From the sequence record NC_020851.1: a stretch of DNA of 64,000 nt, one strand, 5' to 3'. The position numbers were made by a program, and so were the translations under genes. Below are positions 48,583 through 56,019 of this stretch, one piece after another. The notes beneath the pieces are model-generated. The model did not search any database. It was given only the letters and a program-made list of their open reading frames with translations, and was not told the origin of the DNA. Numbering within the stretch: position 1 is the stretch's first letter; each line of letters starts with the position of its first letter.

Positions 48583-48662
48583 TAAGGTCTTGCCATGCAC
48601 GCCACTTGCTCTTTAACCAGAAGCAAGAAACTGGACGGTAGTAACTTCCACCCGCACCAACG
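48583..48662 (-). ncRNA. wcaG-like RNA motif
   Basis: ttggtgcgg...gtggcgtgcatggcaagacctta directly upstream of gmd/fcl; matches my recollection of the cyanophage wcaG motif and its usual context. Confidence 0.7.
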
Positions 48663-48715
48663 GCATTTGAGAGATGCCGTAAACTCATAAGAGGGTCATA
48701 ATGACTCCACCAGGT

Positions 48716-48976
48716 CTAGTTTTCAGACGATACCGAGTCTCTAACATAACAAGGAACACCATCCGGATCTAACCAGCAAGTGTATTCATAATCCTCCATA
48801 GCAGTCATCAATTGCATTTCATTATCACAAAGATACATATCACGATAACGACCGGTATATGAATCTGCTTTTTGAATGCGACAATCTGGTTTACCATTAA
48901 TTTCCAAAGTGCCAACTTGGATATAACGATAAGGAGACCGTTCAAGAAGAACGGTTGGTTTTTGCACAACTTTCAT
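48716..48976 (-). CDS. Conserved cyanophage hypothetical protein
   Basis: 86 aa, coupled to the upstream ORF. Confidence 0.7.
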   Translation of the reverse strand: MKVVQKPTVLLERSPYRYIQVGTLEINGKPDCRIQKADSYTGRYRDMYLCDNEMQLMTAMEDYEYTCWLDPDGVPCYVRDSVSSEN

Positions 48977-49197
48977 CAGGCAACCTCAACAGAAATTTCT
49001 AAATCAGAATACAAACAGTCCATCATGATTTCATAATCATCAAGTGGATCACCAGAAAAAATTACTCCATTAGATTCATAATATTTACGAACCTTCTTAA
49101 ATAATTTTGGACTTTTTACATCTAAGAAAATTTCACCTTTTGCAGCATTACGAAGAGTTTCTAAATCCTTACTCTTGAATTTTTCAGTCAGTGCCAT
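48976..49197 (-). CDS. Conserved cyanophage hypothetical protein
   Basis: 73 aa; promoter TTGACT-17-TATAAT at 49220-49248. Confidence 0.7.
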   Translation of the reverse strand: MALTEKFKSKDLETLRNAAKGEIFLDVKSPKLFKKVRKYYESNGVIFSGDPLDDYEIMMDCLYSDLEISVEVA

Positions 49198-49250
49198 TGT
49201 CCGTTTTGATTACCTGTGTATTATAAGGTGTTGTGATTATGTAGTCAAGT

Positions 49251-49322
49251 AAAAGTAGGTTCCTATCGCCGCTGCTCCTGAACCTACTGAAGGGGAGCAC
49301 CGCAGTTGATTTCTCAACTCAT
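49251..49322 (-). ncRNA. Candidate small pseudoknotted RNA
   Basis: Own TTGACA-17-TATAAT promoter (49325-49353), hairpin plus H-type pseudoknot, then a T-tract and the next promoter. Confidence 0.55.
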
Positions 49323-49330
49323 ATATTATA

Positions 49331-49492
49331 CTACCTCTGGTGCCCTCTGTCAAATGGTGCCCAATGTTGCCAATTGTATTTGTGGACTGCCCACATTCCT
49401 ATGATAGGAACAAAGACAAGACACCATGCTAAGAAACCGCAACCCCATGGATTGTTTAATACCGTTCCGCAAAACCTAGCAAACTGTAACAT
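49331..49492 (-). CDS. Small membrane protein (53 aa)
   Basis: MLQFARFCGTVLNNPWGCGFLAWCLVFVPIIGMWAVHKYNWQHWAPF... Confidence 0.6.
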   Translation of the reverse strand: MLQFARFCGTVLNNPWGCGFLAWCLVFVPIIGMWAVHKYNWQHWAPFDRGHQR

Positions 49493-49547
49493 TACTCTTG
49501 TAAAATTGAAAGGATAAAAAGAAATAAACCTAGTGAAGAATAAAATA

Positions 49548-49853
49548 CTATGAAGGCAATGACCATGTTTTCCATAGTTCTAAAAAGTAACGATCAACTT
49601 GATATAAGTCTTTAGCAGGTGGTATTTCATCAATATTTTCAGACCACTCTCTACAAAGTGCTCTCATCTCACATATAATATTATTGGGTCTAAACATTCT
49701 ACCAAATGAGGACATGGCAAACGCATACCTCATCTTAATGCGCTGTTCCATTTCCGTCATATTTGTCACTTTCATAGTAGATATTTTCACCTTTTCTGTG
49801 CCCGAAATAGATGGTGGCACATAGAAAGGGTAGTGTTCCCCAGAGTAAGACAT
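49548..49853 (-). CDS. Hypothetical protein
   Basis: ORF track; true start probably internal. Confidence 0.55.
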   Translation of the reverse strand: MSYSGEHYPFYVPPSISGTEKVKISTMKVTNMTEMEQRIKMRYAFAMSSFGRMFRPNNIICEMRALCREWSENIDEIPPAKDLYQVDRYFLELWKTWSLPS

Positions 49854-49862
49854 CTGCTAAAG

Positions 49863-50333
49863 TCATATGACATTTCCTGGTGATAAAGATTGAAAAATTT
49901 TAGAACAAGTATCAATAGCAACATGTGCTCCATATACCCCAGAGAAAATATATAAGATACCTAACTTAGAACAGTACAGTTCCAGTTCCTGACATTTTCT
50001 TATATCTGTGGTACTGTAATCAATAATAATATCACCCTCCTCAAGTAAAGGTAGCAACTCATCAAGTGTGTCTTCTGTCTTTTGCTCTGGAAGTGTAATC
50101 TGAAAGATGCCAGGAACTTTTCCGGCACTAGTGTATCTAAGACCATCAGATTTAACTGCCTGAACAAGATACTCTAATGAAGTTACACATCCACTAATAT
50201 ATCCTGCTTCATATTGTCCACAGGCATTCTCATAACTACTGCTACTGTAACCCCAAACTTCCATTCCCTTTTCAATCATACGACGGGACATACCTTCACC
50301 AGTACGACCTAAACCAATCATTCCAACTTTCAT
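49863..50333 (-). CDS. gnd: Truncated, degenerate 6-phosphogluconate dehydrogenase (NAD(P)-binding domain only)
   Basis: MKVGMIGLGRTGEGMSRR, PGIFQ, LLPLLEEGDIIID; the GNS motif and whole catalytic C-terminal domain are missing. Confidence 0.75.
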   Translation of the reverse strand: MKVGMIGLGRTGEGMSRRMIEKGMEVWGYSSSSYENACGQYEAGYISGCVTSLEYLVQAVKSDGLRYTSAGKVPGIFQITLPEQKTEDTLDELLPLLEEGDIIIDYSTTDIRKCQELELYCSKLGILYIFSGVYGAHVAIDTCSKIFQSLSPGNVI

Positions 50334-50342
50334 AAAATTCTC

Positions 50343-50558
50343 CTACAATTTAATCTGTAACCATGGTAATAGTGGAGGAATAACTCCAATCAATCTGAGA
50401 AGGCCCTCAGCAAATAAGCATAAGACAACCCACCCAACACACATGCTGATAATACCTGCGTTTCTATTGTGTCTCCGAATAGCATCATCGATCATCTCCT
50501 GACACTCTTTTTGAGTGACATAATGTTCTGATTTTATTTCATCCATCCGATGGTTCAT
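50343..50558 (-). CDS. Small membrane protein
   Basis: C-terminal hydrophobic helix. Confidence 0.6.
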   Translation of the reverse strand: MNHRMDEIKSEHYVTQKECQEMIDDAIRRHNRNAGIISMCVGWVVLCLFAEGLLRLIGVIPPLLPWLQIKL

Positions 50559-50697
50559 TTTTCATCATTTTATCAATAGGATCTGGCGATCCACCAACTA
50601 TAGCACATGCTCTCTGATAGAAAAAGTTGTTGGTATTCCCAGATGACTCAAAAGTCTCTTTGACTTTCACCCAGTTATTATAGGTGTGCTCGTCCAT
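50539..50697 (-). CDS. Small hypothetical protein (52 aa)
   Basis: MDEHTYNNWVKVKETFESSGNTNNFFYQRACAIVGG... Confidence 0.6.
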   Translation of the reverse strand: MDEHTYNNWVKVKETFESSGNTNNFFYQRACAIVGGSPDPIDKMMKNEPSDG

Positions 50698-50773
50698 GGT
50701 TTTTAAATTGAAATACATATTAGCTATAATAGTTACTAATTTGTATTCATCAACTTATTTTGATTTCCTAATA

Positions 50774-51030
50774 TTACCTAGTCTCAAAATTTATTTTACG
50801 AACTTTGCGTTGCTTTCTTTGTTCTTGCCATAAGATATCTTCTGATGAAAGAACTCCTTTTTATTTTTAGTCTGATAAGAGTTTACCATAACAACATTTG
50901 ATAAGTCAACTGCTGAAATCTTATCACCACGAATGGTTGCCATGTTAGGACAACCACAAGAAACTGTCTTACTTGGGTGCCCTTCCAATTCCTTTCCGCA
51001 GGAACGACACCTAATCTTTATATTTTCCAT
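50774..51030 (-). CDS. Zn-ribbon hypothetical protein with a probable frameshift
   Basis: CRSCG...SCGCPN; adding one A at 50858-50862 gives KKGVLSSEDILWQEQRKQRKVRKINFETR-stop. Confidence 0.6.
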
Positions 51031-51066
51031 TGTATAATTCTTTATACGTCTTCAGTTTTCAGTTAT

Positions 51067-51243
51067 TTATAATTTTTCTTCTAACATATACTCTACCGTA
51101 TTGGCAACATCATTCATTGCATCTCGCAATTCCTCACGTTGTCCGGCATGTTGCTCTACTTTCGTAACACCATTTCTAAATTCTTCACAGAGAGTCCATC
51201 TCCACTGACTCATACTCTTAGAGTACCAAAGATTAATTTTCAT
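51067..51243 (-). CDS. Small hypothetical protein (58 aa)
   Basis: MKINLWYSKSMSQWRWTL... Confidence 0.6.
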   Translation of the reverse strand: MKINLWYSKSMSQWRWTLCEEFRNGVTKVEQHAGQREELRDAMNDVANTVEYMLEEKL

Positions 51244-51409
51244 TTGTAGAAAAGTCGTCTACGCGACTATTTAGTTCTCCCATCTTACGAATCAATTGCG
51301 TGTGTTCATTTTCTATTTCCTCAATACGACACTGTAGTATCTCAATCATATCGTAGATGTTATCGCAGTCTGCAATTTTTTGTTCCGACTTTTTTATTTT
51401 CTTTTTCAT
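51233..51409 (-). CDS. Small coiled-coil hypothetical protein (58 aa)
   Basis: MKKKIKKSEQKIADCDNIYDMIEILQCRIEEIE... Confidence 0.55.
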   Translation of the reverse strand: MKKKIKKSEQKIADCDNIYDMIEILQCRIEEIENEHTQLIRKMGELNSRVDDFSTNEN

Positions 51410-51445
51410 GAAAAAGGGGGACTACTGTCCCCCACTATACTTATA

Positions 51446-52402
51446 TTATTCGATACTGTCAACAGCAGCAAGTGCTTTCTGTCTCAAGTCTTCAGGCAGT
51501 GGAACATAACCAAGACCATCAGACATTGCCTGTGCCTTCTCACTCAACATATAACGAAGAGTTTCTTTCACACCAGTCTTAGACTCAGGGTATGCTAGGA
51601 TCCAAGTAAGGGAGACAATAGGATATGCGTTGACACCAGCAGGATTAGCATCAGCACCACGAAGCTGATCGTCAAGGATGATTCTCGATAGACCTGCCGC
51701 AGATGTTTCAGCATTTGCTTTGACATAGTTACCTGCCTTGTTTTGTAGTGATACTTGTTGAAACTTATCACCATTCACATAACCATAGTTCAGGTAACCA
51801 ATAGCACCAGGAACTTGCTTCACTTGTGCGGCAACACCAGAGTTACCTTTACCACCAACACCAGCAGGCCACTTTACTGCCTTACCTGTGCCTACATTCT
51901 CTTTCCATTCAGAAGAGAATGCTGATAGTGAGTTAGTGAAACCTTTTGTGGTGCCACTACCATCAGAACGGAATACAGGAACAATAGTTTTACTCTCACA
52001 TCCAAAAGTAGACCAGTTAGTAATCTTACCAAGATATACATCAGCAAGTTGTGTCTGTGTCATCTTAACATCACAACCAGGCATGTTGTAAGTAGGAACA
52101 ATAGCACCACCAGTCATAGGAATGTGAAGCATCGGAAGCTTCTGCTTCTCATCACTTACAGCACCATCACTGGCACCAAAATCAACTGTGCCAGCCATAT
52201 ACTGACGGACACCAGAACCACTACCAACTGCTTGATAGTTTACTTGGTTTCCAGTTTCACTTGCCATGGTTTGAAACCATGCTTGATATAACGGAGCAGG
52301 GAATGTAGCACCTGCTCCATCTAATCTAAATGTGGTTGATGTACCACCACATGCCACCATCAGTGGAGCAATAGAGATTGTTGCGAGTGCTTTGAGTTTC
52401 AT
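51446..52402 (-). CDS. pstS: Phosphate ABC transporter substrate-binding lipoprotein
   Basis: Lipobox MVAC, GAGATFPAPLY, GSGSG, DFGASD, RSDGSGTT, AIGY. Confidence 0.96.
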   Translation of the reverse strand: MKLKALATISIAPLMVACGGTSTTFRLDGAGATFPAPLYQAWFQTMASETGNQVNYQAVGSGSGVRQYMAGTVDFGASDGAVSDEKQKLPMLHIPMTGGAIVPTYNMPGCDVKMTQTQLADVYLGKITNWSTFGCESKTIVPVFRSDGSGTTKGFTNSLSAFSSEWKENVGTGKAVKWPAGVGGKGNSGVAAQVKQVPGAIGYLNYGYVNGDKFQQVSLQNKAGNYVKANAETSAAGLSRIILDDQLRGADANPAGVNAYPIVSLTWILAYPESKTGVKETLRYMLSEKAQAMSDGLGYVPLPEDLRQKALAAVDSIE

Positions 52403-52426
52403 AAATTTACGATATTAGTTAACCAT

Positions 52427-52450
52427 AAAAAAGGACTCTCGTCAGAGTCC
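52427..52450 (-). terminator. Intrinsic terminator between the OMP gene and pstS
   Basis: ggactct-gacg-agagtcc followed by T6. Confidence 0.85.
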
Positions 52451-52483
52451 CCGAACATCTAGATGTTTATTTTATATGGAAGA

Positions 52484-52858
52484 TCAGAAGGAGTACTTCA
52501 GACCCAATTTGGTTCCGTATCCACGGTCGATGTCAGAATCACCTGAACCGACGAAGGAGACTTCACCATAAGCACCCAGTGCGTCGGTCAGTGCAAGACC
52601 GAGACCTGCCTTACCAGAAGGAACAGTGTCACTTTCAGCACCATCAGGGGAGACTACAGTAGCACCACCTTGGACGTAGTAGGATGCAGACTCACCCAGT
52701 TCACCTTCATATCCTACGTGAAGGTCTGTGGCAGTTCCACCATAATCAGATCCCGTCCAACCGGAGTTAGCTTCGACGTTGACGTAGGGTCCGGCTAGGG
52801 CGGCAGCAGGGGCAAGAGCAATTGCAGCAGCAGCTGCAGCGATAGTCGTTTTGAACAT
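52484..52858 (-). CDS. Small outer-membrane beta-barrel-like protein
   Basis: Ala-rich signal peptide, alternating beta strands, C-terminal LGLKYSF beta-signal; higher GC than its neighbours. Confidence 0.75.
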   Translation of the reverse strand: MFKTTIAAAAAAIALAPAAALAGPYVNVEANSGWTGSDYGGTATDLHVGYEGELGESASYYVQGGATVVSPDGAESDTVPSGKAGLGLALTDALGAYGEVSFVGSGDSDIDRGYGTKLGLKYSF

Positions 52859-52995
52859 TTGTTTTCCTCGTTTTTTACTTGCGGAATGGTTACCCGCAGA
52901 TGTTAAGAACCTCGACTGGTTCTGTTGTAAATCGTTACTTACAGTAACAGAGTATATATACTCATTTTGTTTTTCGGGTATTCGGATAACCCGAA

Positions 52996-53066
52996 AGCGG
53001 AATACCAGAATCGAACTGGTGACGAAAGGTTGGAAACCTTTAGTTTTGCCTCTAAACTAATTCCGC
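52996..53066 (-). tRNA. tRNA-Gly(TCC)
   Basis: Cloverleaf; anticodon loop TTTCCAA. Confidence 0.92.
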
Positions 53067-53112
53067 AGAGTGGGAGATTGCTCCCCCATCACACTTCCTT
53101 CACACAAGAAGT

Positions 53113-53141
53113 ATTATAAGACAAGATTTGATTCTTGTCAA
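53113..53141 (-). promoter_or_regulatory. sigma70 promoter upstream of tRNA-Gly
   Basis: TTGACA-17-TATAAT with an internal inverted repeat gacaaga/tcttgtc. Confidence 0.75.
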
Positions 53142-53142
53142 G

Positions 53143-53215
53143 TGGGTTTAGTCAGGCTCGAACTGACGACTTGCAGGTTAAAAGCCCGATACTCTACCAA
53201 CTGAGTTATAAACCC
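53143..53215 (-). tRNA. tRNA-Lys(TTT)
   Basis: Cloverleaf; loop CTTTTAA. Confidence 0.9.
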
Positions 53216-53238
53216 AAATCTACTTATTAAAAGTAGAA

Positions 53239-53310
53239 AGCCTTCGACAAGATTTGAACTTGCGACCTGAGCTTTACAAAAGCCCTGCTCTACCACTGAG
53301 CTACAAAGGC
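53239..53310 (-). tRNA. tRNA-Thr(TGT)
   Basis: Cloverleaf; loop TTTGTAA. Confidence 0.92.
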
Positions 53311-53314
53311 AAGA

Positions 53315-53401
53315 CGGAGGATGTTGGATTCGAACCAACGGAAGATTTACACCTTCGACAATTTAGCAAACTGTTGCTTTCGACCACTCAGCCAATCCTC
53401 C
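53315..53401 (-). tRNA. tRNA-Ser(GCT)
   Basis: Long variable arm; loop TTGCTAA. Confidence 0.92.
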
Positions 53402-53406
53402 GTGAA

Positions 53407-53480
53407 TGCCCGAATCCGGACTCGAACCAGAGACCTCACCGTTATCAGCGGTGTGCTCTAACCATCTGAGCTATTCGGGC
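53407..53480 (-). tRNA. tRNA-Ile(GAT)
   Basis: Cloverleaf; loop CTGATAA. Confidence 0.93.
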
Positions 53481-53484
53481 AAAG

Positions 53485-53569
53485 CGGAGAGGGTGAGATT
53501 CGAACTCACGGAGGCTTTCACCTCGCTGGTTTTCAAGACCAGAGCCATAAACCACTCGACCACCTCTCC
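53485..53569 (-). tRNA. tRNA-Ser(TGA)
   Basis: Long variable arm; loop CTTGAAA. Confidence 0.93.
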
Positions 53570-53575
53570 AGGTTT

Positions 53576-53702
53576 AAGAGAAGGGCAGATTCGAACTGCC
53601 ATTTGCCAAAGGACTAACTTAAACGTTTCGTCTCGGACGGGAGGTAATCCGTCTCTGCCACCTTGAATTCTAGGCGACCACCATCCTAATAGGTGCTTCT
53701 CT
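53576..53702 (-). ncRNA. 127-nt tRNA-like RNA with no canonical anticodon arm
   Basis: Perfect acceptor stem AGAGAAG/CTTCTCT and T-arm GGCAG-TTCGAAT-CTGCC enclosing several extra hairpins. Confidence 0.7.
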
Positions 53703-53711
53703 TATGCGACA

Positions 53712-53740
53712 ATCATACCAGAAGTGGTGATGATTGCCAA
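53712..53740 (-). promoter_or_regulatory. Promoter cassette of the tRNA-like RNA; near-duplicate at 53899-53926
   Basis: TTGGCA-17-TATGAT and TTGACA-16-TATGAT, sharing caatcat...ttctggtatgattgtc. Confidence 0.65.
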
Positions 53741-53813
53741 TGGAGAATAACGGACTCGAACCGTTGACATCCTACTTGCAAAGCAGGCGCTCTACCAACT
53801 GAGCTAATTCCCC
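53741..53813 (-). tRNA. tRNA-Ala(TGC)
   Basis: G3:U70 pair; loop TTTGCAA. Confidence 0.93.
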
Positions 53814-53815
53814 AA

Positions 53816-53887
53816 TCGGGGTGGCAGGGATCGAACCTGCGACCCTCGCTTCCCAAAAACGATGCGCTACCTCTGCGCTACACCCCG
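53816..53887 (-). tRNA. tRNA-Pro(TGG)
   Basis: Cloverleaf; loop TTTGGGA. Confidence 0.92.
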
Positions 53888-53926
53888 AAGATGAGACAAT
53901 CATACCAGAAAGGTAATGATTGTCAA

Positions 53927-53998
53927 CTCCCCCGGCAAGATTCGAACTTGCGACAAAGTGATTAACAGTCACCGACTCTACCGCTGAGCTACAGGGGA
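53927..53998 (-). tRNA. tRNA-Asn(GTT)
   Basis: Cloverleaf; loop CTGTTAA. Confidence 0.93.
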
Positions 53999-54003
53999 TC
54001 AGG

Positions 54004-54077
54004 CAGGCAAGGAGGGACTCGAACCCCCGACCAACGCATTAGAAGTGCGTGGCTCTGTCCATCTGAGCTACTTGCCC
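54004..54077 (-). tRNA. tRNA-Arg(TCT)
   Basis: Cloverleaf; loop CTTCTAA. Confidence 0.92.
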
Positions 54078-54116
54078 TTGCTGACCTTCATATTATAATG
54101 CCTTCTGGTCTATGCG

Positions 54117-54332
54117 TCAACCCTCTTCTACGACTTCCGTCTCAGACACTTCTGCTTCTGGTTCAGGTTCCGGCAATTTGACACCGGTTGCTTCCAAATA
54201 CTCAATAGCACCTTGAGTCTTAAACATCAGTTCTCTTGTTCTTGTAGATTGTGTTTGGATTCCTTCCAACTTTTGCGACAGTGTTACTCTTTGTTCGATT
54301 AATTGTGAAAGGTGATTTTGCTGCTCGTTCAT
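54117..54332 (-). CDS. Small coiled-coil hypothetical protein
   Basis: 71 aa; TATAAATA at 54356-54363. Confidence 0.7.
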   Translation of the reverse strand: MNEQQNHLSQLIEQRVTLSQKLEGIQTQSTRTRELMFKTQGAIEYLEATGVKLPEPEPEAEVSETEVVEEG

Positions 54333-54383
54333 TTCAAATCATTAATGTTTCACATTATTTATAACTAAATAATTACAAACAAA

Positions 54384-54899
54384 TTGCATCGAAAAATGAA
54401 AAAATCACTGCTGTTTTTTGGTATGATGTTTTTGATGGCACCTTCAGCACATGCCGATATTACAAGTAGATTGTCTTCAAGCGTTCAATTAACCGTTGAT
54501 GCAGCAGCATCACAAGCAACAAGAATTGGAAGTTCATACTCCGTAAGTGGTAGTAATGTTTCAGCAACTCTTGGTGGTCTTACAGCACCCGCAAGTGCCA
54601 CCTCTGCAGCAACGATGAATGCTGGCACATATACACAAACAACTGATGGAGCAGCAATCACCTTCACAGAGGCATTTACGCAAGGTGATGCCGTTAATGT
54701 AATCAACTCCGGAACAGATATTACTTCAGGTGTTGTAGGTTCTCTCCCTGCTTATGGAGAAGTCACTACAACTGCTGGTGGTGTAGCAGGAACTCTTGCA
54801 GGTTCTATTGATTCTGCAGGTACTATCGGACCTCTAACTGCCGGTGGTGCAGGAACAAGTGCAACAGGACAATTCGTATCTGAAATTACAGTAAGATAA
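54384..54899 (+). CDS. Signal-peptide-bearing Ser/Thr/Ala-rich protein
   Basis: First of three consecutive plus-strand genes; MKKSLL...SAHA signal sequence. Confidence 0.7.
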   Translation: MHRKMKKSLLFFGMMFLMAPSAHADITSRLSSSVQLTVDAAASQATRIGSSYSVSGSNVSATLGGLTAPASATSAATMNAGTYTQTTDGAAITFTEAFTQGDAVNVINSGTDITSGVVGSLPAYGEVTTTAGGVAGTLAGSIDSAGTIGPLTAGGAGTSATGQFVSEITVR

Positions 54900-55342
54900 T
54901 GAAAGAATCTATTGGATTGGGTTTATTTTTAGGTATTCTACATGGACTGCTTCAACCAGTAGGAGCAGTTCCAGTTGTTCCCAATTTCACACAAGGATCT
55001 CAAACATCTACCACAGAAACAAAAACTAAAGTAAGTGAAACTATAAACTCTATAAATTATAATACAGGATACCAATATAGTGTAACTGGAACAAATGTCC
55101 AAATGGATGGTTCTAGTATAACACCAGGAACTAATTCTACATCAAATAATATCGATGGGGTGACTTCATCATGGACGAATCTAAATCTGAACAACAAACC
55201 CAACTGGTCAGTAACAAAACCAGGACAGGCATTTCAATTTACAGAAACTTATCAAGGTCCTGGAATTTCAAATCAAACAATTATACAAAGAACAACGGAA
55301 TTAGACAGCGTTACAACTACTACAAGTATCTTCTCCCAATAA
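54899..55342 (+). CDS. Signal-peptide-bearing Thr-rich protein
   Basis: AVPVVPNF after a hydrophobic leader; coupled start. Confidence 0.7.
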   Translation: MKESIGLGLFLGILHGLLQPVGAVPVVPNFTQGSQTSTTETKTKVSETINSINYNTGYQYSVTGTNVQMDGSSITPGTNSTSNNIDGVTSSWTNLNLNNKPNWSVTKPGQAFQFTETYQGPGISNQTIIQRTTELDSVTTTTSIFSQ

Positions 55343-56019
55343 TTACATTATTATTTGCTTCTCCGTCTTATGCTGAAACTGTTGGTGGTGTCTCTGCTAC
55401 TGCTGCTCCTGTTGCTAACTCTTCAGGTTCCGTTACAAACCAGGCTATACAAGTCCTTCAGGGACCTTACATTACGAACACCTACGGTGGAGGTATACAA
55501 TGTCAAGGTCCCACTCTCAACTTTACACCCTATGTAACAGGTGCCGTATCAGCACAAAAACCATTTGAAGATTTTTATAATGACCCAGTATATGATTTAA
55601 GAGATCTTGATGAAGATGGTTCTTTAGATAATCCAGGAGATATATTATATCGAGTTCCAATAAGAACAGGTCAAAAAGATAATTATAGTTTGAGTCTTGG
55701 ATTTTCTGCCACTTGGTCTAAACCATTAGATACTAAATTACAAGAACAATGTAAACAAGCAGCAGCAACTCAAATAGAATTACAACAACAATTAATTGCC
55801 AATAAAAGATTAGATTTTGAAATTGCCAGACTTAAGAATTGTGGAGAACTTAAGAAACAAGGAATTTATTTTCACCCCAAGTCTCCATATTATTCAGTAT
55901 GTGCGGATATTATAGTCACTAATCCAGGTGGTGTAATTCCACAACATAGACATTCTATTCCAACACCAGTATCAAAGAAAGCAGAAGACCTTGGTGGTGT
56001 TATATCAACGACCCCTTAA
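55171..56019 (+). CDS. Secreted/membrane hypothetical protein; true start near YKYLLPII
   Basis: Signal peptide LLFASPSYA, Cys pairs, third plus-strand gene. Confidence 0.7.
   Translation: MDESKSEQQTQLVSNKTRTGISIYRNLSRSWNFKSNNYTKNNGIRQRYNYYKYLLPIITLLFASPSYAETVGGVSATAAPVANSSGSVTNQAIQVLQGPYITNTYGGGIQCQGPTLNFTPYVTGAVSAQKPFEDFYNDPVYDLRDLDEDGSLDNPGDILYRVPIRTGQKDNYSLSLGFSATWSKPLDTKLQEQCKQAAATQIELQQQLIANKRLDFEIARLKNCGELKKQGIYFHPKSPYYSVCADIIVTNPGGVIPQHRHSIPTPVSKKAEDLGGVISTTP

Noticed and set aside
50858-50862. Frameshift as a programmed recoding event
   Set aside because: A simple A5-for-A6 shortfall in an otherwise ordinary gene; with the break near 58760 it is better explained by homopolymer under-calling.
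52403-52430. Pho box upstream of pstS
   Set aside because: Only one GTTAACTA half-site is present, with no second repeat at 11-bp spacing.
53576-53702. tRNA-Sec, tmRNA or intron-containing tRNA
   Set aside because: No 7-nt loop with a central TCA, no G3:U70 pair or tag ORF, and the interior is far too short for a self-splicing intron.
53138-53972. ORF-track entries overlapping the tRNA array
   Set aside because: Spurious frames across tRNA genes.
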